Assembly: GCA_963666285.1 (NCBI GenBank)
Contig: OY762711.1
Strand: one strand, 5' to 3'
Length of the DNA: 64,000 nucleotides
Source of the DNA: Sedimentisphaerales bacterium
Lineage (GTDB): Bacteria; Planctomycetota; Phycisphaerae; Sedimentisphaerales; SM23-30
Shown here: one piece after another, positions 28,872 through 38,600 of the stretch
How positions within the stretch are numbered: the first letter of the stretch is position 1
Layout of the letters: each line of letters begins with the position of its first letter
The notes under the pieces: generated by a model
The model's database searches: none
Told to the model about the DNA's origin: nothing
Seen by the model: only the letters and a program-made list of their open reading frames with translations
Translations under genes and position numbers: made by a program

Positions 28872-29831
28872 ATGAACACAATGGGGAATATTTTGCCAAG
28901 AATAGTCGTAATTGGAGGTGGAAGCATTGACTATAGTTCGAGATGCTCTAAAATTCCTTCTACAAACGAAACTGTACCTGCAAGTGAACATATTTCTAAC
29001 CCTGGCGGAAAAGGTGCAACTCAATCAGTAGCAGCTGCCAGGCTCGGGGCTGAAGTTCACTTTATTGGATGCCTGGGTAAAGATGAGAATGGAGATAGAA
29101 TACTTACAACCCTAAATGATTCCGGGGTCAATACAGAGTTTGTTGAACGTTCTGCCAAACCTACGTCATCCAGCCTGGTAATTGTTAATTATGATGGAGA
29201 AACTATAACTGCTTATCATCCTGGTGCTAACCTGGATTTATCAGTCAATACAATTAACAATGCAAAAGGAATAATTGCAGAAGCCGATATTGTTTTGTGC
29301 CAGTTAGAAAACCATAACAGCATTCTCGAACACTCAATTGCTACTGCAAGACAATTTGGTGTACCGGTTATATTAAACTGTTCACCGGCCCTACCTTTTG
29401 ACTCTAACCTCTATACAGATATTTCTGCCCTGGTAATGAACCAGGTCGAAGCCGAATACTACACTGACACTGAAATACTAACCGTTGAAGATGCTAAAAT
29501 CGCCGCCAAACTATTGTTGGATGAAGGTGTAGAATCTATCGTTTTAACATTGGGAAGACTTGGCTGCCTGGCCGCTGACAAGAGCAGTATGAAACATATA
29601 GTCGTATCTACAGCCAAAGTAATTGATTCAACTTCTGCTGATGATGTTTTCGCCGGCGCTTTGGGGTGGTCAATAGCAAAAGGCTATGAACTTGCTCAAG
29701 CATCTGATTTTGCCTGCAAATGTGCTTCTTTGTGTAAAAAACAGCAAGGAGCAATCCAATCTGTTCCGGATCTATGTGAAATCAACAATATATTTGGCAA
29801 CTCACTGGAACTTGAACATAGCTTGTCATAG
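28872..29831 (+). CDS. Ribokinase-like PfkB protein with a degenerate anion-hole motif
   Basis: PGGKGATQSVAAARLG, CQLE, NQVEA and TLGRLG; C-terminal motif reads DSTSADDVF instead of DTTGAGDxF. Confidence 0.8.
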   Translation: MNTMGNILPRIVVIGGGSIDYSSRCSKIPSTNETVPASEHISNPGGKGATQSVAAARLGAEVHFIGCLGKDENGDRILTTLNDSGVNTEFVERSAKPTSSSLVIVNYDGETITAYHPGANLDLSVNTINNAKGIIAEADIVLCQLENHNSILEHSIATARQFGVPVILNCSPALPFDSNLYTDISALVMNQVEAEYYTDTEILTVEDAKIAAKLLLDEGVESIVLTLGRLGCLAADKSSMKHIVVSTAKVIDSTSADDVFAGALGWSIAKGYELAQASDFACKCASLCKKQQGAIQSVPDLCEINNIFGNSLELEHSLS

Positions 29832-29996
29832 TACTGAAAGCACTCTCTTTCATTATCGTAATATAAATGACAATAATAGTTTTATCTGTTTAATCCAATA
29901 GCTAACTTTCGCCGTTTTTAATCTGCAATCTATGGGTTAATCACCTAATAAGTACTTTTACTGTAATATTGAAAAGTCAATAATTACGGTACCGCC

Positions 29997-31343
29997 CTAA
30001 TACTCTCTCCAATAAAGATAATTGGGAGTCATAGAAGAGACATCTACCGTAGCTTCAACTGTATGGCTGACATTGGAATCATTACACATGCCAACAGATA
30101 CTATCGTAAATACATTACCTTGAACTGTAAGTTTACCAAGTATATCCTTGAATTGCTGAAAATCAAGAACTCCTGCTGAAAATATCTCAGCCGGCGAATA
30201 AAAACCAGTAATTAAAGAATCTCGTTTTTTTATTACTTTATCTGCCTGCTCTTCTGTAATACCCAGAAATGCCGCTAATACTTTCTTGCCGGCTGTGTTT
30301 ATATTGACTTTACCTGGAATTATAGAGTCATCTAATACAGTTATTTTATTAAATATACGCCTTAACGTTTGCACAGACAAGGGCGCAGAAATTATTTCTT
30401 CTGTACCATCTTCATTTAATTTTACCTGATTAGCCTTTTGGGAACTGGCTGTATTGTTTATATCACTATTAAAATCTTCAGGTACAATATTTACAGGAAA
30501 CAATTCAGCCACACTTTCATATGGAGAATTTTCAACAATCCACATTGCCTCTGAAAGACTAATCTCTAAAATATCTGACAAATCCGCCTCACTGGCAAAG
30601 TTGATATTAATCCTGGGTTCTCCATCACGATCGATATTTCTCTCATATGAATACAATGTAGAATAGTGAAGTAACCCGGTTTCTAATCTGCCGTCTGCAT
30701 TGTCACTCGGAGGAAATACAGCACCATCATTTTCATTCCAATCGAGTATACCGTTTAAATTAATGTCTTCACCAAAACAATCTTCCAGGGATAACTGACT
30801 GTCACTGGCTATTATCCGTATATTTTTTGCATAATACTCAGAAGCCTTCAACTCTTTCAAACTTTTACTATCAGTAAATCCTGACAAAGTTTCCAGGCCA
30901 GAAATATTAAAATTTTGTTTTACTGTATCTGGAGAAACTTTTAATAACTCTGATATTTGCTTGTCGCTGGCAGTCAAAAGATTGATCTTCGACGACTCAT
31001 CGCTAATACCGTTTTCTACTTGTTCTATATTGGGATTATATACATACAGTGAAAAATAGCTTTCTGGTGAAACTTGTCTTTTCCCGGAACCCTTAAACTT
31101 TTGTAAAATATAATACGAATCATTAAAGCTGGTTGGATTTTGCGTAATTATATCCACTGCATACTGTATACCTGCGCGAGCTGACCACTTCGCCCTAACT
31201 TCCGCTTCCTTATTAACAGCACTAAAACTATCTAGTCTGCTTATGTGCACTACACTCATTACAATAATTATCATTAGCACGAGGAGCCAGATACACAAAA
31301 CCAGCACCATAGATTTTATTTTTTTATTCTGTTTCATTATCAT
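29997..31343 (-). CDS. Type II secretion GspK-like minor pseudopilin
   Basis: Hydrophobic N-terminal helix, A..SARAGI, DESSKINL, ININFAS and GKVNINTA; EDINLNGILD insert; start probably 31343 or 31337. Confidence 0.8.
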   Translation of the reverse strand: MIMKQNKKIKSMVLVLCIWLLVLMIIIVMSVVHISRLDSFSAVNKEAEVRAKWSARAGIQYAVDIITQNPTSFNDSYYILQKFKGSGKRQVSPESYFSLYVYNPNIEQVENGISDESSKINLLTASDKQISELLKVSPDTVKQNFNISGLETLSGFTDSKSLKELKASEYYAKNIRIIASDSQLSLEDCFGEDINLNGILDWNENDGAVFPPSDNADGRLETGLLHYSTLYSYERNIDRDGEPRININFASEADLSDILEISLSEAMWIVENSPYESVAELFPVNIVPEDFNSDINNTASSQKANQVKLNEDGTEEIISAPLSVQTLRRIFNKITVLDDSIIPGKVNINTAGKKVLAAFLGITEEQADKVIKKRDSLITGFYSPAEIFSAGVLDFQQFKDILGKLTVQGNVFTIVSVGMCNDSNVSHTVEATVDVSSMTPNYLYWREY

Positions 31344-31983
31344 AAGTATGAATATCGTCAGGTATTGGTAATAGTGATATCTGCCTGCTGATAGCAGACT
31401 GTCCTGTCGCCCAGATATGGCCATCCAATTCCAAAGTAACTCTTACCATTACCGGTAAAGAACCATTCAGGGGTGAAGTTCTAAGCCATTTTTCTCCATC
31501 CCAGCATTCAAAAAGTAAAGACTTTATCGAATCAGCTATTACGATAACTTTGCCTCGCTTGTTACCAGTGGCCCTATCATTTACCACTCCAACTCGTTTT
31601 CCCAGTTGATAGGAATCCCGTTGATCCGATGATTTCAATAAACCGTACTCTACTTCATATATATAGGATTTGTTTGCAGTAATATTGTCTCCAACAGTAT
31701 AAAAACATATACGATCACATGCCGTTTTAACGCTCCCTCCTACTTTTAATCTAAAACTATAACGACCGTTTTGTTTTTCGCGACAAATATTAGACAAGTC
31801 ATTTTCAATTTTATCCAAAACATCCAAAGCCTGGGTCAGGGCTCTGTCATGTATTTTGATCCGGTTTTTCATCTCAAGGATAGTTCGTGTTCCAGCAGCT
31901 GCAACAAGTATTATTATTGCAGTTAGCATTACCGCTAACATGAGTTCAACTAAAGTAAAGGCCTTATCTTTATTATAATTCAA
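31324..31983 (-). CDS. GspJ-like prepilin-type protein
   Basis: A|FTLVELMLA; IENDL; C-terminal WDGEKW...LPVMVRVTL. Confidence 0.78.
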   Translation of the reverse strand: MNYNKDKAFTLVELMLAVMLTAIIILVAAAGTRTILEMKNRIKIHDRALTQALDVLDKIENDLSNICREKQNGRYSFRLKVGGSVKTACDRICFYTVGDNITANKSYIYEVEYGLLKSSDQRDSYQLGKRVGVVNDRATGNKRGKVIVIADSIKSLLFECWDGEKWLRTSPLNGSLPVMVRVTLELDGHIWATGQSAISRQISLLPIPDDIHTYDNETE

Positions 31984-32390
31984 TGTTTACTACCTTTATG
32001 AAGTAGTGTTGATATTCGGTAACTATTAGCCTTACCGTTTAACTCCCATGTGACCAATACATTCACTTTTAGTAAATCTCCGTTTATCGTCTCTAATTTT
32101 GCTTCCCAGGAGTAATTAGGATAGTTTTTTGAAAAATCTCCGGAAAGACCGGTAGCTTCCTCAGGCAAATTCACTAAACCGGCACTAATGCGGCTCAATG
32201 TTTCGTCTGCAAGGACAACCGCTATTTCCTTACCGGCCATTTCACTATGAATAAATACCGAACGATTAACTATTGAAAACAGTAATACCAACCCGGCAGC
32301 TACTAATAATGCCGCTAATAATGCTTCTAATATTGTAAAGCCTTTATTAAAACTTGTAATTTGATTGTATTTTCTATTTAAAAACATCAT
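31980..32390 (-). CDS. GspI/PilV-like prepilin-type protein
   Basis: G|FTILEALLA; SGDF...YSW...V.VLVTW; start moved to the in-frame ATG. Confidence 0.75.
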   Translation of the reverse strand: MMFLNRKYNQITSFNKGFTILEALLAALLVAAGLVLLFSIVNRSVFIHSEMAGKEIAVVLADETLSRISAGLVNLPEEATGLSGDFSKNYPNYSWEAKLETINGDLLKVNVLVTWELNGKANSYRISTLLHKGSKH

Positions 32391-32925
32391 CAACTGACAA
32401 TCCAAGCTCATCTAAATCTATCATTCTGGAATACAATCCTTCACTTTCTTCGGATACTATTCCAGTATATGGACATATTAAATAATTTACGACTTTATCT
32501 CCTACTATTATTTGAACACTGGCTCTATCTGATGTCCCATTAGGATAAAACTGTACAATGTCTGGCACAAAGGAAGTGCTGCCATTAGCTATCTTACCTA
32601 TCTTGACAGAAGACGGTGATGTGTATGATGTCATTATATTGATTACATCCGGCACTGACTCTTTTCTAACAGGCACATTCGGTGAATTAGGCACAATCAA
32701 AGAAATTGTGTTCTCTTCTCGGCCAAAAGCCATGGCAACTGGTACCCCATAAGAACAGCTTAAAAGTTTGGCATTATCGGCAAGATAACTTATTTGCCCC
32801 TTAACGGTTTCTTCTGACGCCACTTTGACATGCCTGTAGAGAGTCACGGCTACCGGAACGGCTAAGATGGATATTATCATTAATGATAACAAAATCTCTA
32901 TTAATGTAAACGCTTTAATCTTCAT
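32374..32925 (-). CDS. GspH/FimT-like prepilin-type protein
   Basis: A|FTLIEILLS; VQFYPNGTSD; PYTG. Confidence 0.78.
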   Translation of the reverse strand: MKIKAFTLIEILLSLMIISILAVPVAVTLYRHVKVASEETVKGQISYLADNAKLLSCSYGVPVAMAFGREENTISLIVPNSPNVPVRKESVPDVINIMTSYTSPSSVKIGKIANGSTSFVPDIVQFYPNGTSDRASVQIIVGDKVVNYLICPYTGIVSEESEGLYSRMIDLDELGLSVDDVFK

Positions 32926-33127
32926 AAATAAATACTATTAAATAGTTTATCGAACAATAATGTTGCTGTCGAGAATAAAATTTTTCTTAAAATACCACCA
33001 ATAATATACCACTAATAATAATTAATTACCTTATCTATTTACAATTTTACTTTGTTGAATAAAGGTTTATATATTATTGCCTGTGTACTTTGATGCCAAA
33101 AATAGGTATTGTCTACTCACTTTTTTA

Positions 33128-33157
33128 TTGACTTAAACGATACACCAAATTTATAAT
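33128..33157 (+). promoter_or_regulatory. sigma70-like promoter upstream of nrdR
   Basis: TTGACT-N18-TATAAT. Confidence 0.5.
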
Positions 33158-33242
33158 TATGTAAAAGACAAAAGGTTAAACATAATATATAATTTGGAAT
33201 TATATTGCCTTCACTATCTCGAAGGGAGAATTTGAAACTAAT

Positions 33243-33707
33243 ATGCGTTGTCCGTTCTGTAAAAATGATGATGATCGGGTTGTTGACTCTCGTTCAGGTG
33301 AAGGTGGCCAGATAATCCGTAGGCGTAGAGAGTGCCTTAGTTGCAAAAGACGCTTTACGACTTATGAAAGAGTCGAAGAAATAATTAAACTTACTGTCGT
33401 TAAAAAAGACGGAAGCAGGGTTCCATATAATAGGGAAAAAGTTAAAGAAGGTATTAGAAAATCCTGTTATAAACGCCCTGTTTCTGCTGAAGAAATTGCA
33501 AACACTGCGGAAGCTGTAGAAGATGACATTCTCCATTTGAATGCCCTCGAGGTAACTTCATCAAATATCGGTGCTATTACTATGAAGCACCTTAAAGATC
33601 TTGACAAAGTAGCATATATCAGATTTGCGAGTGTGTATCAGGAATTTGAGCAAGTTGGCCAGTTCATTAAAGAGGTTAACGAAATCATGCATCCTGACGG
33701 AGACTGA
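33243..33707 (+). CDS. nrdR: Transcriptional repressor NrdR
   Basis: MRCPFC...VVDSR...IRRRRECLSC..RFTTYE, ATP cone VVKKDG, DKVAYIRFASVY. Confidence 0.97.
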   Translation: MRCPFCKNDDDRVVDSRSGEGGQIIRRRRECLSCKRRFTTYERVEEIIKLTVVKKDGSRVPYNREKVKEGIRKSCYKRPVSAEEIANTAEAVEDDILHLNALEVTSSNIGAITMKHLKDLDKVAYIRFASVYQEFEQVGQFIKEVNEIMHPDGD

Positions 33708-33709
33708 AT

Positions 33710-34438
33710 TTGTCTTTAACTGTTATAAAATCAGATGGTTCAACCGAAGCGTATATTCATACGCGCGTAATGGCGACAATTTCATCAGCTATCAGCGACG
33801 CTGGATGCTATAGCGAGCAGACTGTCAGCGCTCTTGCAGATGCTGTTAGAATGTACATAGAAGACTGTCGTGACGATTCTTCAGTTAACCTGCAAATTTC
33901 CAGTGATGATATTTATTCCATGATTCTTGCAACCTTACAGGAAACTGGTCATGGCCGTGCTGCTGTTATTCTTAAGCTGCACAGAATTAATCGGCAAATT
34001 CATAGACAAAGACAACTGGTGCTGCATTGTCTTGCCCCACATTTACCTAAGGAAGACATTTTAATTCATGAGTGCTGTCTGGACAATTTTAAGCAGAGCT
34101 GTAACGTTGAAGACTGCCCTTATCTTGAACTTGAACCATGGAATAAATCCAGGCTTGCCGCCAAAGTATTAAAAGACTATAACCTTACTAAAAATGCCGC
34201 TCGTGTTGTTGCCGCTAATGTCGAAGAAAAATTATTCAGGCTTAATATTAGCGTTGCCAGATGCATGCTGATTAAACAACTTATCCTAAATGAATTATTC
34301 TTATTTCGCAATGCGCCTGATTTCATTCGCCAGAGCACAAAAACTAATCCAACAAAGACTATTGATATTGATGAAGTGCCAGGCAAAAAGGCCGATAATG
34401 CCAACCTGGTTTCCAACCGTGATTCAAAACCTGAATAA
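33710..34438 (+). CDS. Tandem ATP-cone-like domain protein
   Basis: N-terminal VIKSDGSTEAY and a second EPWNKSRLA...A..VA..VE.KL segment; begins 2 nt after the nrdR stop. Confidence 0.65.
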   Translation: MSLTVIKSDGSTEAYIHTRVMATISSAISDAGCYSEQTVSALADAVRMYIEDCRDDSSVNLQISSDDIYSMILATLQETGHGRAAVILKLHRINRQIHRQRQLVLHCLAPHLPKEDILIHECCLDNFKQSCNVEDCPYLELEPWNKSRLAAKVLKDYNLTKNAARVVAANVEEKLFRLNISVARCMLIKQLILNELFLFRNAPDFIRQSTKTNPTKTIDIDEVPGKKADNANLVSNRDSKPE

Positions 34439-34505
34439 ATACAAAGAATCTTAAATTACATGCACTTCTTTTACTCTCAAGTTTTATTTTAATAGAAATA
34501 AATAC

Positions 34506-35630
34506 ATGTTTACTAATAAACTGAATATATCTTCGATCGTGATTTTATTACTAATATCCTGTAATACTATTATCGCTGGAAATACTAATACTGTATCATA
34601 TCGATATTCTCCCTCGTTAACTGGCAATGCCGATGTCATTATTACTCAAAAGCCTAAATATAAATGGAATATTCAATTACCTGATACAATCAACAGCTGC
34701 CCGATAATTAATAATGAAAAAATGTTTGTTGGATGTAATAATAAAACTTTATATTGTCTTGATTCAACAAATGGCAAAACTATCTGGACATTCACTACCG
34801 ATGGCGGCATTGAAGCTTCTCCGGCTATACACAACAATATTGTACTGGCATGCTCGGCAGAAGGTACATTATATGCTCTTGATAAGAATGATGGAACCTT
34901 GCTATGGAAATTTACTACCGGGGCTAAAATTGCTGGAGCTGCAAATATATTTATTGACACAGAAAATAATACTGCCTTCACTCTCATTGGCAGCTACGAT
35001 AACAATATTTACTGTATTAATATATCAGATGGAAAATTAAAATGGAAATACGAAGCTGATAATTACATCAACAGCATGATTTCAATATACAACACAACAG
35101 CAATTACTGGCAGCTGTGATGGTTTTTTATATTTTATTGACATCAGAACTGGAGAGCTAAACAAAAAGATTGATTGCGAAACTTACATACCCGGATGGGC
35201 AGCTGTCAATAATGATATATGCTTTGTTGGCAATTACGATGGAAGCTTTTTCGCCTATGACACTAAAACTTACACCCTAAAATGGGTTCAAAAAGCAACT
35301 GAAAGCCCTTTCATGGAAGGTCCGGCAGTAAACGAAACTATGGTTATTGTCTCTGACAACGATGGAAAAATAAATGCACTCGACATTAACAACGGCAATG
35401 TCAAATGGAGTTTCTCTATTGATAACAAAAGACTATTTGCTCCTTGTATTGCTGGTCAATACATACTGACAAGCTCAGAAAATGGCAACCTGTACATAAT
35501 AAACATTAATGATGGTACCATCTTCTGGAAATATCTCATAGGCGACATATTAAGCACCCCTGTTTTTGTCAACTCTAAATATATTATGGTTGCTGATTCC
35601 GGCGGCAGAGTATATTGTTTTTCTTTTTAA
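34506..35630 (+). CDS. Secreted PQQ-like beta-propeller repeat protein (BamB-like)
   Basis: About 8 repeats of LY(C/A)L(D/N)..(D/N)G...W.(F/Y); signal peptide. Confidence 0.85.
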   Translation: MFTNKLNISSIVILLLISCNTIIAGNTNTVSYRYSPSLTGNADVIITQKPKYKWNIQLPDTINSCPIINNEKMFVGCNNKTLYCLDSTNGKTIWTFTTDGGIEASPAIHNNIVLACSAEGTLYALDKNDGTLLWKFTTGAKIAGAANIFIDTENNTAFTLIGSYDNNIYCINISDGKLKWKYEADNYINSMISIYNTTAITGSCDGFLYFIDIRTGELNKKIDCETYIPGWAAVNNDICFVGNYDGSFFAYDTKTYTLKWVQKATESPFMEGPAVNETMVIVSDNDGKINALDINNGNVKWSFSIDNKRLFAPCIAGQYILTSSENGNLYIININDGTIFWKYLIGDILSTPVFVNSKYIMVADSGGRVYCFSF

Positions 35631-38600
35631 CGCCCCCTCCGATCAACACCTTCACTGGAACGCATTATCCTTGTATAAGGAAGTCTGCCAAGCGAATCCA
35701 GGCGTTTTTCAATTATTTTTGAGGTCTCACTGTCTCCACAATAATAATATGCATCGGCAAGCCATAAATCATTTATTGAATCATAATTCGATAAAGAATT
35801 TGCTTTATTCAGGTATACCTTCGATGTTTCAGGAGATTTATCATATACAGAAATAGCTAACAATGAATAATTTCTTATTGCTATACTGGCTCTCATCACC
35901 TCATTATCTAGCTGTAAATTAATTTTCTCAAATACTATGTCAGAAAAATCTTTTATATCATCTGGATCGACATCTGCTAAAATATAATCATAATAAAAAT
36001 AATCATCATCCTGATTGGTACGCCCAATACAATCAGAAACTATATTCTTAAATATATCCATCTTACCTTTTCTTGCGCAATATCGTAAAGTTTCTTCTAT
36101 AAGCATGTGATCTTTACTTATCGTGTTAATGATATTATCTATAATATACATAACCAGTTTATCGGCTTCATCATCATTGCCGCAGAGCATTAACAATTTT
36201 AATTTTGCTGCCAATGCAGAAGATTCGTCAGGATTTTGTCTCAAAAAGCAATTAAGTAAATTTAGACTAACATGAATTCCATCTAGTTCTTTTTCATGAA
36301 GTTCACATAAATAATACAGAATTTCATGATAGTTAATTCGATACAGATTTTTCCCATAAGAAAAAACGTTAGAAGCAAATTGCATTTGCGCATACCTGAT
36401 TGCCTTTTCGTAATCTGCATTGTTATAATATGCTTTGGAAATTAACATCAAACCATCATCAAAAGCTGTTAATAGTACGCCAAAAGAATTTTCTACCATA
36501 TCGCAATGTCGGTTGTTCGTCAAATGCTTATGATAAAATAATGAAAATATCAGATAATTATCTATAAGAGAAAGTAATTGTTTCTTATATCTATATGATA
36601 AATCATCCTCAATTTTATTCAATAATTCTGGATCATATAGATATCTTGCATATGCTTGTGCATATGTTAATATATTAGTATTATTATCATCAATAACCGT
36701 CATCCAGAATCGTTGCAATTCTCTGAAAACTGGTTTGTTTTGAGCTATTTTATAAACTAACTTATGTTCAAAAGGCATAATAACAGTATTATCCAATTGA
36801 CGACTGGTTATTCCACCAAAAGTAAACATTTCTGGCCATTTACACGCATAACTGCTCGTAGAATTAGTACTAAATGAATCTCTAAAATATTGAAGCATAA
36901 ATTCATTATTAGACATTAAATAATAAACTGTTAAGTAATCCATTTTTCTTAGTTTATCAGGAACATTTTTCGCCATTTGAACTGCTAAATCAGATTTTCC
37001 TGCAAGACTATAATATCCGACTAAATTGTGATAGACAATAGGAGTAATGCCAGCCTTAGGTTCCAAGTTAGCCCTGAATATATCAGCTAATTCTTGATAA
37101 TCTCCTGTAGATTCGTATATACTGGCAACATTTTTTCTATATACTAAACAATTTGGTTCTTTGATATAAGCATAACCGGCATATACTTTTGCGTTTATAT
37201 AATCACCTTGATAATAATAAATTAAAGACCTTAAATAATCACATGCAGCAATATTTTTACAATTCTCCCATTGAATATTATCTGCAATAACTAATAATTC
37301 TTTTGGAGATAAAACTAAAACAAGAGTTTCTAGCATACGTGAAGAATTAACATTAATAATGGAATTATTAATTATATTTTCTATTGAAGCTATAACATCA
37401 ATAATATATTTATCCCTATCGTATGAATATTGAAAACATTTCAATTTAATAACTTGATAAGCAGGTTCTGTAGGATATTCATCAATTAGTTTAGTAATAA
37501 GCAGTAATGATAGATTCTTATTAATTACAGCACTGCTAAAAAAATTAATATAATCGTTAAAAGTATTTTCTGCATTTTCATTGCTGAATGAATATGTTTT
37601 TATCTTCTGTTCTAACAAAACGGATATGTCATCATCAATATTGGCTCCTAAATAGATAATCAATTTAAGAAATTGTAACGCAGCCTTATCTCCCAGGCTC
37701 TGCAAAAAGCGATTAATTATATTTTCGTACGATGTCATGGCTGATTTGCTTAATATTTCAATTGTGCTGATAGCAGGATCACTTGTAATATTAATAGAAC
37801 TCAAAATACAATCGTCTGGATATTGTCCTAACACACCTGAATCAAGTTTAATTAGAATAACATAATGATTATGCTCATAAGAAACACCTGCTACCACATC
37901 ATAAAATGCTAAATGCTGCTCATCCGACAATCTACTCCATATCGAATAATAGAATTGCCTGATTATTTTCTTATCAACATTTTTATTTATCTGTAGATTT
38001 TCCAAAAACACTTTTGCCGAATTAAAAACAGAATTATTTGACTGCATAACCGCACAATTGCTTAAATATAACTTTAATATATCATTATTGACAGAATAGT
38101 AGGACAACTTGGAAAACTCAGTATCAATATTAAAGTCATCAGATGCAATGTTAAAACCTGCTGGCTCCAAATCTTCAAATATCTTATCAAAGAAACTCTG
38201 TAGTTTGTCATAACAATCAAAATTGACTACTCTAATTTTATCTGCTAGTTTTAGCAAATACTCATAGCGGGAAGTCTGTCTGCAAACATAAGTCATATCC
38301 AGTATAAACTGCATCATTCGAGTGTAAACATTTTGATCACTGCAATATTCACAGCACATCATTATTTCATCTTCAATCAGGCTGACAACTTGACGATCTA
38401 TATCGCTCGCCGAATACATCATGCCGTTTAGCACGGTTTGCCTTAATTTGTTCATCTCGGCATAATTTGATGTTTGAGTTTCTCCTGAAATAGAAACTGC
38501 ATAATTCTGGTATATTAAACGAAACAATTTAAATGCTTCCTGGTATTGGCCCTCGGATACATATGTATATGCCTGCATTAATAATAAATCGTTATTATCT

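Noticed and set aside
33142..33196. Tandem NrdR boxes upstream of nrdR
   Set aside because: Both candidates miss conserved C/G positions, their spacing is atypical, and the region is AT-rich enough for chance matches.
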